Positions 26,188 through 40,204 of a stretch of 64,000 nt of DNA are shown here, in pieces. This stretch comes from Felis catus (Eukaryota). The stretch lies in contig NC_058368.1 in assembly GCF_018350175.1 (NCBI RefSeq), forward strand, positions 170,192,001-170,256,000, read 5' to 3'. The notes beneath the pieces were generated by a model. That model had not been told where the DNA came from. It was given only the letters and a program-made list of their open reading frames with translations, and made no database searches. The translations under genes and the position numbers were made by a program. Each line of letters begins with the position of its first letter. The stretch's first letter is position 1.

Positions 26188-28439
26188 AGCAGTGCATTAA
26201 ATGACTCCCAGAGAACTTTTTCTTTTCACCCCCTTCCCTACCTTCCTCCTTCCTCTCTTCCTTCTTTCCTTTGTTTTCTTGGCTTTATGACTCCTTCCTA
26301 GGTTCTTTTGTCTCTTCCATAGTCTAAAGCTGGGCAACTGGACCATGTTGGTTTGCAAACTGGACCCTGTACCCAGAGATCCAGCTGAGATTAAAGGAAG
26401 AGATGGGCCACTCTCTCAAGGCTGCATACTTAAAAATGGTTCCAGCTGTGGGAACAGTGAGCAGAACATAGATTCCAAGGGCAGGGAAAGGGGTGAGGAG
26501 CCTCAGAGTGCCCAGGGCCAGCTCGTGGGTCTACCAGTGGCCATATCCTCTTGATTATGTCCTCCAATAAGCTATCGGTTGCAGCTGTACAATACCTATT
26601 TTGAGAAGCTCACTCACAAAAGTGCTGTTAATCTACTGTTGGCTGAAATTTCAGATAACCACATCAGCTTGAATTTTATGCAAATTTGAGTACACAAGCT
26701 CTGAATGTCTGACCAGGCTCTCTTTTATGACAGAAATGAGCTTTGAAGGATAGGCTGTATTGTGGCTGGTTAGAGATAGCTTTTGGAGTTTCATCCTTGC
26801 TTTGTCATTTGGTGCATGGTTGACATTGCCATTAAAGGACCTCTCAACACAAATGTCCTACTTCAATAATAGGACAAGAATCATAAGATAATGCTCCTAA
26901 TTTTAAAGAACCTGTGTCTCAATCTAACCCATTTCCTAGTAACCATGTACGGTTACACTTATAGCACAAAATGTCCCAAATTTGATAGTGCCTTTGGCTT
27001 GCTAGTACATTAAAGGATGAGATTGCTAACCACATGTGAATGTAAATGCTGTGTGCTTCCTAGTTTTTAGAAAACGATTTGTACTTTAGGATAGCTACAA
27101 CTATTTAGTAAAGGGTCTACTGCATTCCGGTTGCGTTTTAATCTACCATCTCCAAAACACTATGTTGTTATTATCATGTGACAATTGTACTCAGCAAATT
27201 CGGCTCTGCTAGTGAGCAAAAGACAGAGAACTCAATCCTGTGTTCTGGCTCTGCATGCCACAGAGCTAGTTAAAGTGCACCATTTGTCAAAGTCAATGGG
27301 AACCTTGCATCTGAATCAGCTTAAAAGGACATTAAAAGGAGAAATGGGCTCTAGAAGCAGAGAGGGGAAATTTCCTATTGTTATATAGTGTATATAATAC
27401 ACTTCTATACTCTTATATAGTGTATATAATGTGTATATCCTACAGAATTCTTTATTTTTCAGCAGTGTTATAGTAGTACTTGGAAAACAAATTAAATATG
27501 CTTTTACTCCGATGCTCATAAACATATTAAAAACAAAATATGTTGCAGTGACCAAAATATGCTGGCATGGACCTTTCAGCATTATTGGAAGATGAGGGCT
27601 GTCTATTATGGTGTGCCAATGACAAAGAAGGGAGAGGGTCGAATACAGATGTATTGTTTATATTCCCTTTTCCTCTCCGTTTCCCAGGTCTTCTCGCAGT
27701 AGGTGAGAGAGATGGGTATTGAATGGCTAAGTACTCAACTGAACTGGAGGGGCTGACTTAGACAAAGCTACACTGAAGACACTGGGCTGAAACTGGGGAG
27801 CAATGTTCAAACGTGCAATCAGGCACTGAATCAGTTAGCTGAACCAGAAGTTGTAGTAGCACTGTGGCTACACTACCTTTTCTATTCTTTACATGGTGTG
27901 GCACTGGGAGGGGGCAAAAGGAGGGAATAAATCTGACAGGCTAAAAGCTGTTCTAATGCCCTCACAGAATCACAGTTATAGAGCTGAGATAGAACATAGA
28001 AAAGATTGAAACAAAGCTCTTTGTTCTCTGTTGAAAAAGGAACAAAGACTTAGTGACTTGTCCCACTCTCAGCAGTTAACATTCTTTTCATGTGTTAACA
28101 CCTTGCTCCTTCCAGCTCAGTCAAAGCTGTACCAGTGGTAAGCTTCCATTTCCTTGTGGCATTTGTGCACCAAGAGTGGCAAGAACAGATAGGTTCTTAA
28201 AGAGAAGCAGAATCAACATTGAAGGTTGCCCCTTCATAACCAGAACACTCATATTGTCAAGATTTCACAATATCTTATTTTTTTAAGCAAAAACACTCAA
28301 ATCACTCCGTTAAGCACAACTAACCACATTGTAAAACAATTATTTAATCAGCATAATCATGCCCTTAGATGAAAATTATTATATTTAACTGCCTAAATTA
28401 AAGTGAGTTCCTAAATACAATGTTCAGTGATCATTGTTT

Positions 28440-28650
28440 ACATTTTCATGGCACTCACTAATTTACGAGGCACATCTTCACAACTCCATAGATTAGAGTG
28501 AATATGATGATGATGGTGGTGGTGGTGATGGTGTTGATGGTGACGATGTCTTGTTTAAAGATAAGCATTTGGGGGTTTAGAGAGCCCAACGGACCTCGTC
28601 TGAATCAGTCAGTTGCTAGCAGGTCTTAACTCTTCATGATCAGTGTTCTT
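28440..28650 (-). mobile_element. MIR remnant with an internal (GAT/GGT)n tract
   Basis: atcttcacaactccata...gatgatggtggt...tttaaagataag. Confidence 0.4.
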
Positions 28651-28900
28651 ACAGTTGTTCCATATCTTAGATTATATATTTATTGTTAAAACATTTTTAA
28701 ACTTAAAAACAAGATCCCTTTTGTTCATGAAGTAATTGGTGTTCATTAGTAATTATAACCAAAAGGTTCAAATTACTTAGCATATGTCACTCTATGTCAA
28801 TGATGGAGCAACACTAAAGCTAGAATGATGACATAGATGTGGTTAAATATGTTTCCTTTAATACTTATATTTTACTTGATTTTAGAAAGGACCCAAGGGA

Positions 28901-29022
28901 GGCACATGGGAGACTCAGCTGGATGAGTGTCCTACTCTGGATTTTGGCCCAGGTCATGATGTCTCAGTTCATGAGTTCAAGCCCCATATATGGCCCATGC
29001 TGGCAGTGTGGAGCCTGCTTGG

Positions 29023-29068
<46 letters not shown>

Positions 29069-29118
29069 CCCCTTCCCAGCTTGCTCTCTCTCTCTCTTAA
29101 AGTAAATACATAAACTTT

Positions 29119-29158
<40 letters not shown>
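28901..29158 (+). mobile_element. Old CanSINE with expanded (CT)n and a (CA)n tail
   Basis: SINE head, (CT)n ~29025-29065, (AC)n ~29120-29156. Confidence 0.9.
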
Positions 29159-29159
<1 letters not shown>

Positions 29160-29179
29160 TTTAGAAAGGGCAGAAGGGA

Positions 29180-29442
29180 GGGGCACCTGGGTGACTCAGT
29201 CAGTTTAGTGTCTGACATTTGATTTCAGCTCAGTTCATGATTTCACGGTTCCTGAGATCGAGTCCCACATCAGCCTCTGCACTGACAGTGGGGAGCCTGC
29301 TCGGAAGTCTCTTTCTCCCTCTGTCTCTGCCCCTCCTGTGTGAGCATGTACCTGCACACGGACACACACACACATACACACTCTAAATAAATAAACAAAC
29401 AAACTTTACTCTCTTAAGAAACAAAAACAAATACAAACAAAA
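29180..29442 (+). mobile_element. Old CanSINE in tandem with the previous one
   Basis: ggggcacctgggtgactcagtc head; shares the repeated target sequence. Confidence 0.9.
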
Positions 29443-30387
29443 ATTTAGAAAGGGCCCAAGGGAAGCATGGGAAAATTGTAAGGCAACTCATAACTATTTG
29501 AAAAAATAGTCTTTCTCAAAAATTTTTAGTGGTTTCAACTTCTCTTATGTTAAACATATTTTTCCTTTTTAAGAAATTATTAGAAAAACATTTTCTGTTT
29601 GTAAACTATGAAATAATAAGTCTATACAACAAAAAATAAAATAACAAAAGAATCAAGGTTTTAAAGTGTTCACTGCTTTCTTTTGGAGTATATGTGAGAA
29701 AAGGAAATATATTATGAGCCGCAGAGATTGAAGTTTGTCTTTTGAAGTACATCAGCCTATAACATAGATGAACAAATTATATGGTTCACTGTAGTTCTGT
29801 TGGCATAATACATAGTTTATTACAGACCAAGCAATTATATGATTGGGATAGTTTTCTCTAATGTTAATCACTAATGTCCAAGTTAGAAATTAAAAGAAAA
29901 TTTTTCATATTTTCATAGGAATTATTTTATTTCCTCAATTTTGAACCATTTAAAAACATTTCAATTGATTTAAATAGCACTTTAAATGTTATTACGTATG
30001 AATTACGGCAGCATAAAATACTACAAATGCTCTCATTAATAGCCTGTACTTTATGTACTTTCCTTTTAATGTAAATGTAATATCTTAAAATCCTCATTAT
30101 AAGTTAATCTAAATTGGGGTGCAATTTCCAATTAAATTGCTGAGATGGAATCTATAAGGAAAAACGCATTATGACACTACTCTATTTAAAGTAGTGGTGC
30201 TGCATATTGATGCCTACTAATCTTATTAACTACATTTCCCCTGTCCAGGAAATGTGCATATGGTTTAGTGTTTTTGCTGTTCATTCCTCTCCCTGGCCCC
30301 ACCTCCAGCTAAACTCATCTTCTGCAATGTTACTGTATTGGCACGCACAATTATTTCATCATATGCTATCTGAATCATTACATACTA

Positions 30388-30594
<207 letters not shown>

Positions 30595-31775
30595 TTATGT
30601 CATTAATATCTTGCATTATGTTTCATTTTGTTTCAGTTACTAAAATATAATGAAACTTAGTATGTAGATGAGAAACTGCTATCCATGTCCGAATCTCTTC
30701 AAGATTTCTAATGTTATGTATGACCCCTGGTGGTATAATAGAAAACTGCAAGGTAAATAATTAATACATAACAGTTTATAATTCAGAACAGCAATTGGTA
30801 TAATGGTTGAACACCTAATTAAGTACAGTTACTGTACAACAATGCTTTGAAATTTCCAGGTGAAAATAAATACATTTATAACATATACACTATTCATAAT
30901 GGATACTTTGAAACTGTAATCCTACAAACAAACCAAGTCATTGCTTTTAACCCTACATTCTCCAGTTTTATTTCTTTTCAAGATGTTATTGTTGTTGATT
31001 TCTTAGAAAATATATTTTAAATATGGCAACAATTATTATCATTTAACATAACACTATGTTGGTATTCAACAGAACCATATTTATGCTGTTCTTTTTATAA
31101 ACTTCTGGACAATTTTTGAGTTTCAATCTACTGAGAGTGGAAAAATTAGTAATAACTACTCTTCTACTGGGTGGCTACATAAATAGGAAGCAGTTGCTAA
31201 TGGCCCCAGGTAGAAATCATTCTATTGTTGAAGACAAAGATGTAGCATATGTAAGGCTCTACTTAACAGTATTTGAGAGCCGGGCAAAATCTGGGGCTTT
31301 TATCCTTATATGGAACAAAGATGTTGGTTTTCTCAGGATATATCTACAAGAACAAGCTAATGTGATAAATTGAGGTTTTATGTAAATGATTTTTCAAAAT
31401 TTATTTGCCACCATCATCTGATTATTTGTTGAGTCACTATGCTGAACACAGTGAGGAGCTGAAAGAGGATTTATAATGTATGAAGAAATCAAAACAAGTG
31501 GCACTCTAGCCAGGAATTCTTGCTCTGCTAGTCTACAATCTTACCTTGGTTTTATGCCCTGTCCAAATTGGTAGTAGTGGTGCATACTGGTCACTCTCCA
31601 AAGCACTTCCACCATTACCTTCTATTCCCTCCTCCATGACTTTTTCCACAAATATCCCCTTTCTTGTATCTCGAGTCTCTTAATCTCTTACCCTACAACA
31701 CACTAGTCTTTTCCACTTTTGACTTTTTTTTTTTAAATTCAATCCACTTTAACTAAAAAGTTTATTTAAAATTTT

Positions 31776-32815
31776 AAAAAAGAAAACCAAAGCAGGGGGC
31801 ATCACAATCCCGGACTTCAAGCTATACCACAAAGCTGTAATCGTCAAGACAGTATGGGACTGGCATAAGAACAGACACTCAGGTCAATGGAACAGAATAG
31901 AGAACCCAGAAATGGACCCACAAACGTATGGCCAACTAATCTTTGACAAAGCAGGAAAGAATATCCAATGGAATAAAGACAGCAAATGGTGCTGGGAAAA
32001 CTGGACAGCGACATGCAGAAGAATGAACCTGGACCACTTTCTTACACCATGCACACAAACTCAAAATGGATGAAAGACCTAAATGTAAGACAGGAAGCCA
32101 TCAAAATCCTCAAGGAGAAAGCAGGCAAAAACCTCTTTGATCTTGCCCGCAGCAATTTCTTATTCAACACGTCTCCAGAGGCAAGGGAAACAAAAGCAAA
32201 ACTCAACTACTGGGACCTCATCAAAATAAAGAGCTTCTGCACTGCGAAGGAAACAATCAGCAAAACTAAAAGGCAACCGACAGAATGGGAGAAGATATTT
32301 GCAAATGACATATCAGATAAAGTGTCAGTATCCAAAATCTATAAAGAACTGCTCAGACTCAACACCCAAAAAACAAATAATCCAGTGAAGAAATGGGCAA
32401 AAGACATGAGTAGACACTTCTCCAAAGAAGACATCCAGATGGCCAACCGACACGAGAAAAAATGCTCAACATCACTCATCATCAGGGAAATACAAATCAA
32501 AACCACAATGAGATACCAACTTACACTTGTACAACTTACAAAAATCATATGACTTCACTCATATGAGGACTTTAAGAGACAAAACAGATGAACATAAGGG
32601 AAGGGAAACAAAAATAATATAAAAACAGGGAGGGGGACAAAACATAAGAGACTCATAAATATGGAGAACAAACTTAGGGTTGCTGGAGGGGTGATGGGCT
32701 AAATGGGTAAGGGGCATTAAGGAATCTACTCCTGAAATCATTGTTTCACTATATGCTAACTAATTTGAATGTAAATTTTAAAAAATAAAGTTAAATTATA
32801 AAATAAAAAAAAATT
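31776..32815 (+). mobile_element. Felid L1, 5'-truncated, with an internal deletion of the ORF2 C-terminus
   Basis: Track ORF 31986..32552 carries ORF2 sequence; jumps to the ORF2 end/3'UTR at ~32530-32541; A-rich tail. Confidence 0.95.
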
Positions 32816-32820
32816 TTTTT

Positions 32821-33657
32821 AAGTTTTTTGAAAAGATAAATTGATAAGACTCACCAAGGGAAAAAAAAAGAGGACTCAAATAAGTAAAATCAGAACTAAA
32901 AGTAGATGCTACTATAGAAATGCAAAGGATCCTAAGAGATTACTATGAACAATTACATACCAGCAAGTTAGATAAGGTAGGAGAAATGGATAAATTCCTA
33001 CAACCATATAACTTACCAAGATTGAATCAAGATGAAAGAGAAAATATAAACAAAGTGATTATTGACAAGGAAACTGAATCAGTAATCAAAAACCTCCCAA
33101 CAAAGACCAGACAGCTTCACTGATGAATTCTATCAAATATTTAAAAAGAATACAAATCCTTCTCAAACTCTTCCAAAACATATGGAAGAGAAAGGAACTC
33201 TTCTAAACTCATTTTACAAGGCCAACATTACCCTACCAAAATCAGACAAGGATGCCACAAGAAAAGAAAATGACAGGCCAATATCCATGATGAACATATA
33301 TCCACAAATCCTCAAAAAAAATATTAGCAAATGAAATTCATCAATATATTAAAAGGATCACACACCATGATCGAGTGGGATTTATTCCAGAGATACAAAG
33401 ATGGTACAACATCCTCAGATCAGTCAATGTGATACACCAGGGTAACAAAATGAAGGCTAAAAATCATATGATCATCTCAATAAATGCAGAAAAATCATTG
33501 GACGAAATTCAACATCTATTTATGATTTTTAGAACTCTCAACAAAGCCAGTATAGAGGGAATGAAACTCAACATAATAAAGGCCACATATGACAAGGCCA
33601 CAGTTAACATCATATTTATAAAAGGCATCCAAATTGGAAAGGAAGAAGTGAAACTGT
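32821..33657 (+). mobile_element. Older L1 ORF2 segment (Z/RT region), degenerate
   Basis: Track ORFs 32920..33123 (RDYYEQL...EMDKFL..YNLPRLNQ) and 33375..33716 (KNHMIISINAEK...IQIGKEEVKLS). Confidence 0.9.
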
Positions 33658-33659
33658 CT

Positions 33660-34560
33660 TTTGACCTTGTTTTTTCATCCAAACTATTGACATATTTCTC
33701 TTTCTTTTATAGCTAACTTTTTGTAATAGTTCACTATCTCTGTCTCATGCTTAAACTTTCCCTTCACTCTTTATTTACCTGCAATCTGAATTTTGCTTCC
33801 ACCTCTCCACTGGGAAAGCTCCCAAGATCAACAGTGACTTTATGCTTACAGAAAGCCATCAACTTTCAGACCTCCTACCATTTAATACTTCAATAGCTCT
33901 TCATAATGTTGATCTTCTTGAACCTCCCCTCTTTGGATTTCTATGTCATCACTCCCTCTTATTTCCCTTCATTAACATATGTCACCCCAATAATTTATTA
34001 AATGTTTATGTTCCCCAAGCCTATTCCTAGAATTAATTTCCCACTACCACCACCTCCCACCCCCCAGGTTATTTCAGCCTTGTTAACATGGATGACTGTC
34101 AAATCATGTACGTTAATATCCAAGAAATAAGTGAATTCCAGACTTCGTTTATTTCCCTTGTTCCAAGTCTATATTTCCAACTGCTCACTGGGTATATACA
34201 CCTGAGTGACCTTTAAAACTCAATATGTCCAGTGTTTCTCCAAATGTTTTTAAGTTTAGAATACCATTATCTTGACTCTACTTGTCAATATGTAAAATTT
34301 AAGATTCCTCCTGAATTCCTCATTTTCCCTTATATACAGTCTAGATCCAATTGATCACCCAATCCACTGTCTTTTTTTCCTAAACATTTTCCAAAACAAT
34401 TTTACTCTATTTCATTCCCATTTTCAAAGTTCATAATCTTTAACATCTCCTGCCCAACTAATGTCATAGCTAACTGATGTCCTGTATCCACTCTCTCTTT
34501 ACTCCAGTTCAGCATCTACATTGCCACCAATGTTACCTTACTAAAATATAAAATTAACTT
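33660..34560 (+). mobile_element. L2 fragment
   Basis: cctgcaatctg...ctccactg...caagatcaacagtgac...atatttccaactgc...aaactcaatatgtcc. Confidence 0.7.
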
Positions 34561-34579
34561 TCTTGAAATCTGGAAAGGT

Positions 34580-34690
34580 AGACATGATTACAGATGAGGA
34601 AACTGAGTCACAGACAAGGTCATGTATTTAAGTAGGAAAGTTAAAACCCATGCAATCTGGCCCAGAAGCTGTGTTCTGCAAAACTGTACC
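34580..34690 (-). mobile_element. MIR
   Basis: ttacagatgaggaaactgagtcacaga core. Confidence 0.75.
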
Positions 34691-34772
34691 TATTATCTTT
34701 CATGAAAATACAGCTTATGTTCTTTATAGTGATAGTCTGAGCTTCTCAAACTATAACATAAAACATTTATTA

Positions 34773-34901
<129 letters not shown>

Positions 34902-35160
34902 TCAAAAGAAAAAGAAAAAAGTATTTTTGTGCTGCATCAATAAATGTGTAAAAACTATGAGGAAAATAAACCATTTTATTGTTACATTTGCTTTGATGAA
35001 ACAATTTCAGACTCACTTGAGATTATGTGCTTTTGAAATAACTTTAAGACATTTATATCAAGATTGAAAGACTGGTTCAGCCAAAAACCTTTTATAAATC
35101 GTCTCTATATTATATATAATGACCAGTACCGACTGCTATTCTGTTCTATGTCCTATAGAA

Positions 35161-35370
35161 CAGTATTTTTCAAATCACAAGTCATGCCCCTTAACTGAAT
35201 CATGAAATCAACTGAGAGGGGATTTTTAAACAAAATAGAAGAGAAGAGAAAATATCATAGTACATTGCACAGTTCAGTATATAAATCAGTGAGTATTACG
35301 TGTGTGCTGGGTTGCAATGCAGAAGATATTGCTTCCCATGAGTCTCAGCCAAAACAGTTTTAAACACATT
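35161..35370. mobile_element. hAT-Charlie MITE, MER112-like
   Basis: cagtatttttcaaa...tcatgaaatcaa...aatagaagagaagagaaaatatc. Confidence 0.65.
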
Positions 35371-35769
35371 TCTTTAGATAATTTTGAGAAATGTTCTGCT
35401 GGTGCATACTATGCTACACTAAGATCCCAATTCCCCTATGAAGAAAAAGTCATTGCTGAATAAACACTGCCCTCTACCTCCATCAAGTTTCCTGTAGAGC
35501 AAGTTTGTTTGACATTGAATATGGAAAATGGAATATCTGCAAAAGTATATGATATGCAAGTTTTCACAGAAAATGAGAGAAAACCCCCACAAACGATAGA
35601 AATAAATGGAACACAAATTCCTTAACTGCTAAATCAAAAGATTTGGGGGAAAAAAAAACCAAATAAAACAGTATCACTGTCAAGATATAGATAGTCCAAA
35701 TCAAATCCTCTTAGTAGTGATGCAGGCTAGTGTCAGATCCACATGTAAAAAAATAATAATAAAATAAAA

Positions 35770-35885
35770 AGGATGAATCTACCCAGTGACAGTGATTCAA
35801 CCAAGACAATTTAACAAATAAGTGGCAACACTGGGTTTTGAACCCAAGACTATGTGTTGCACCAAAAGTCATGAACTTTCTGTTA
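35770..35885 (-). mobile_element. MIR fragment
   Basis: taagtggcaacactgggttttgaacccaag. Confidence 0.55.
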
Positions 35886-37277
35886 CAGCTGTGATTTCCA
35901 AATACTTTTATCACAAAATTCTATTGATAAAATAAATTCTGAGAATGCACCATCAGTATTTATATATGTATCTATAAATTATGAACATGCACCATCTATA
36001 GACTTAAAAAAATAAAAAGAAAATGTGTATAAAGCATACCCAAGGAATCTCTTCATATAGACCACTTTGATATAGTACTGTACTTCTGTAAGAGATTGAA
36101 GTTAGATGGGAAGTCTAAAAATCATTTAAAAGAATATTGCAGCATTCTAAGTGGGAGTATTAAAATCAAAATACCTATTGTTATAGACGTTGAATGAAAA
36201 AAATAATAAGAAGGGGAATAATTTGCAAGGAATTAGAGATGGATATTGAAAGGAAAATTAATGTTCAAAAATTTCATGTCGGAGAAAATCGAAAAATTCA
36301 TGAAAAACAGATCAGTTTGAATAATCACTGTATTATACCCCAATTTGGTTATGAGTTTCACCTGACCCTGGGCTATCCCTAGTAATAACTATGCTTGGCA
36401 AAATGACTTGAAAAGCTTTCATCTATAATATTATAAAAGGGTAAATTTTTATTTAAAAATATGCCTTTCTTTACATCTAGAATATTCTGGGACCTTCTGT
36501 GCATCTTTCCTCATGTCTCATTTGTGTACATATTCTTTCTGTAGCTTGACAGCTTGAACTTTGCCTCCTAGGCTGAATCTCTCTGCTTGTCATTTTTCTC
36601 ATTCCTAGCCCTCCCATCTTTCCTTCCTTTATTCTTTATTCCCCTTCTTTCCTTCTCTTTCCATCACTTCTTCTCTTCATTACTCTGATTCTGTTATCTA
36701 ACTACAAAATAGAAATACTGAATAATATTTATTATGTGTTATATTTTAATAGTTGGTTATGTGTTCCATGTTTTTTATAGAAGGTTGAAGAACACTTTAT
36801 ATTTATGTCTAAACTATATTAAACTATTGTTCCTTATATGTTATTCTCCACACTTCAGTGGTAGACTTTGATACTTCAGATGATTCTACACACATAGATG
36901 AATAACAAGGAAAGAATGCACACAAAATCTGAAAGTAAATAATATTATGGTATCAAATATTTCTGGTACTTCCCAACACTGGGCCAAATATTACTGAACA
37001 ACAAAATGGTGCATATGAAGGTGGGTGATGCTTTCCTGGCAATACCTTTCAGTATAGCATACTTTCAAAGAGAAGAGATCAAAAGAGAGGTTTCCAACTG
37101 ACTGTCAGATATATAATGAAAATTCTACAAAGGGAGAGGAGTATATCTGAAATGGCTTCTTGCCTGAAATCAAAGGTATTTATAGAGCATGCTTATTTCC
37201 ACTATCTCATTTATATTATCTAGAAGAATAAGGAGTAAGCTTTAAAATTAGCAAATCTGAGAGGCAAGGTAAATGTA

Positions 37278-37498
37278 TAGCATTATGACTGACAGTCCAA
37301 TGGACTCTGGGGTTCGAAACCTTCTCTGCTGAGACCTTGAATAATTCACTTGGACTCTCTATGCCACAGTCTGTAAAATAATGGCTAACAATAGCATCTA
37401 TCTTTTAAAATTGTTTTAAAGATTAAATAAGTTAATATGTCTAATACATCTGAAGTGCTGATCATTGTTCAAGTTCTGTGCAAGTGTTCACAGCTGCT
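37278..37498 (+). mobile_element. MIR
   Basis: ggactctggggttcgaaacc...ctgtaaaataatggctaacaatagcatcta...gattaaataagttaata. Confidence 0.75.
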
Positions 37499-37769
37499 TT
37501 ATGAACCTGTGCAAATTGTCTAAACTGTCAGATGAGAAGATATAGGAATCTTTTTAAAATTAAATGACATAGTATATATAAATTATAAGCAATTTGTACA
37601 ATGGCTAAAACTTTATTTTATAGTCATTTATTGCTAGCAGAAATATAAAAGGCAACGAATGGAATATGTCCCTAAAGGGGATGAGAAGAAAAAGAAAAGC
37701 CAGACTTGCTCTATGTTTCTCCTTCCATTCTTTTTCCATTATAAAATATGTACAGACGTAGATATCTTT

Positions 37770-37930
37770 TTAAATCTCTTCAATAATTACATAATTTTTT
37801 CTATATCTCCATAATGGACAGTTTTGGGAACAGAGGAAAAAGAAAGAAGATAAAGTCATCATAATCTTACCACCCAAAGACAGCCATTGGTAAAATCTTG
37901 TCTCTCTTCTCCCAGCCCTTCTATGCAAAG
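37770..37930 (-). mobile_element. Ancient L1 (L1ME/MC) 3' fragment
   Basis: cataatcttaccacccaaagacagccattg motif. Confidence 0.45.
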
Positions 37931-38229
37931 CTTTGATTCTTTGCACATCCAAGTTCTATTATGTGTTCTCTGAATCTCGCCTGGTCTCTTTAAGTCTTTT
38001 GCCCCCAAACATGCCTGAGAGGATCTAGGCTTGATTTCTAAGGACTGAAACATCATATCTTCCAAAAATGCCCTGGCTAATTCATTAATATTTTCATGGT
38101 TGATTTCTATAGTTCACAGTCAAAACTGAATAAGAAATTATTTTTGCAATAAATAATAATAATTTTTGCAAGTAACTCTTAAAATATCATATTTTAAGAG
38201 TATGTATTTATTAAGAATTTTTTCTCCCA

Positions 38230-38435
38230 GGAGCTCCAGGGTGGCTTAGTCAGTTAAGCGTCCGACTTCGGCTCAGGTCATGATCTCACAGCCAGTGAGT
38301 TCGAGCCCCACATCAGGTTCTGTGCTGACAGCTCAGAGCCTGGATCCTGCTTCAGATTCTGTGTCTGCCCCTCCCATGCTCATGTTCTGTCTCTCTCTGT
38401 CTCTCAATAATAAATAAAATTCAAAAATTAAAAAA
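38230..38435 (+). mobile_element. CanSINE
   Basis: TSD aagaattttttctcc at 38213 and 38436. Confidence 0.94.
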
Positions 38436-38943
38436 AAGAATTTTTTCTCCTAGTTTTTCTTTATCTTCTTTGCAATAAAACTACCAGTTAAGCTAAGTGT
38501 TTTTGACTAATAATAAATTTTACAGCAGGCAACCAGCATCATCACAGGGAATAGACCCATATGACATCCAGGACCTTATGAAACATGAACCACATGAAGA
38601 TAGTTTCCCATCTGATGGCTCTAAATGAATTCTCAAATGAATTCTCAGAATACTGAGAGAACAATTCACCTTCTCAAATTGGGCAACTATTTAAGATTGT
38701 CAACATTTTAAAATGGAAAGAGGTATTTAAAAATTCTTAAAATAGAAAGGAAAAATGCTATATATATTTAGACATAAATTAAACTTGATTTTAATTATTT
38801 TCTTACATAGTTGGTGAACTTATATGTCCTCAAACTATCTCCATTTGAATATCAAGTAATAATGTATTATCCACATTTAGAAAAGATTAAAATAAATTAA
38901 CAAACAAAAGAATATTCCATAATGAAACCAAATGGCCTGTTTA

Positions 38944-39210
<267 letters not shown>

Positions 39211-39281
39211 TCATAAGTAATGCTGTTTGCATGCTACAATTAAGTCTTACAATTAACTATTTGCTGTCACCAAAGCCAGAT

Positions 39282-39632
39282 TGTGGTCTTAAAATATTTA
39301 CAAATTCTTTGACACCCCTCCCATCAAGAGGTGAAGTCTACACCCCTTTCCCGTTTTCACCCCTTTTATTTCATTTATTGAACCTGAGTAGGTCTTGTGA
39401 CTGCTTCAACCAATAGAATGCAGCAGAAGTGACACTGCATGATATTCAAACCGAGATCAGAAAAGGCAATACAGCTGCCACTCTGATCTCTTTCTCAAGA
39501 TGCTAGCTTTTGAACCCTAAGCAGCCATGTAGGAAGTCTTAATTACTCAGAAGTCACTAAGCTAGAGAGACTACAGAGATAGAGATAGAAGAGAGACAGA
39601 GAAATGCCCAAGGAGCTCCAGCTGTTCCAGCC
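39282..39632 (+). mobile_element. MaLR LTR (MLT1G/H-like)
   Basis: caaattctttgacacccctcccatcaagaggtg...ccaatagaatgcagcagaagtgac...ccagctgttccagcc. Confidence 0.75.
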
Positions 39633-39839
39633 AACACAAAGTAGATCGCCAGGCCACACAAATAATGGTGGAGAAATGGGACAGAACTGGATAACAGAAG
39701 ACAGTGCTAAAGATAAGTACTATAAAGAGTGAAAAACTAGAAAATCAAGGCAGAGGAAGTAAGACCCAGGGGAGATGAGTGAGGAAGAATATCAAGCTAA
39801 GGCCCCAGAGAAATTACACCTCAAATTATTACAAAGATT

Positions 39840-40140
39840 TTGAAGAGCTGTCATGTAAATATCTGAAAAGAACAGCAAATGCAGGGACTTGAGGAAGAAA
39901 AAGCCCTGACACATCCAAGGAATAAGAAGGAGAACAGTACAGCTAGAGCAGAATGAATAAGTAGGGAAGGCAGCCAGGAGCCAGATCATAACGAACCTTG
40001 TAGTTGGGGCTTATTTTAAGTGTAATCAAAAGGCACTAGAAATGATTTAAGCTTTGGAATGGTCACCGCTGCATGGAAAGTGGATGGACTATAGAATGAG
40101 GAGCGGACAAGAGACAAGACAGGTGTGGAGGGTTTTCAGT
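39840..40140 (-). mobile_element. L2 fragment
   Basis: gaacagcaaatgcaggg...gctagagcagaatga...gccagatcat...ttattttaagtg. Confidence 0.6.
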
Positions 40141-40204
40141 TGTGGAGCTGGTAAGACAAATTCATACTTAGGTTTTTTATTTGGAGTTCAATATCTTGAT
40201 GAGT

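Noticed and set aside
31190..31206. RFX X-box-like gttgctaatggccc in a flagellar gene
   Set aside because: The second half-site is poor and it is far from any promoter.
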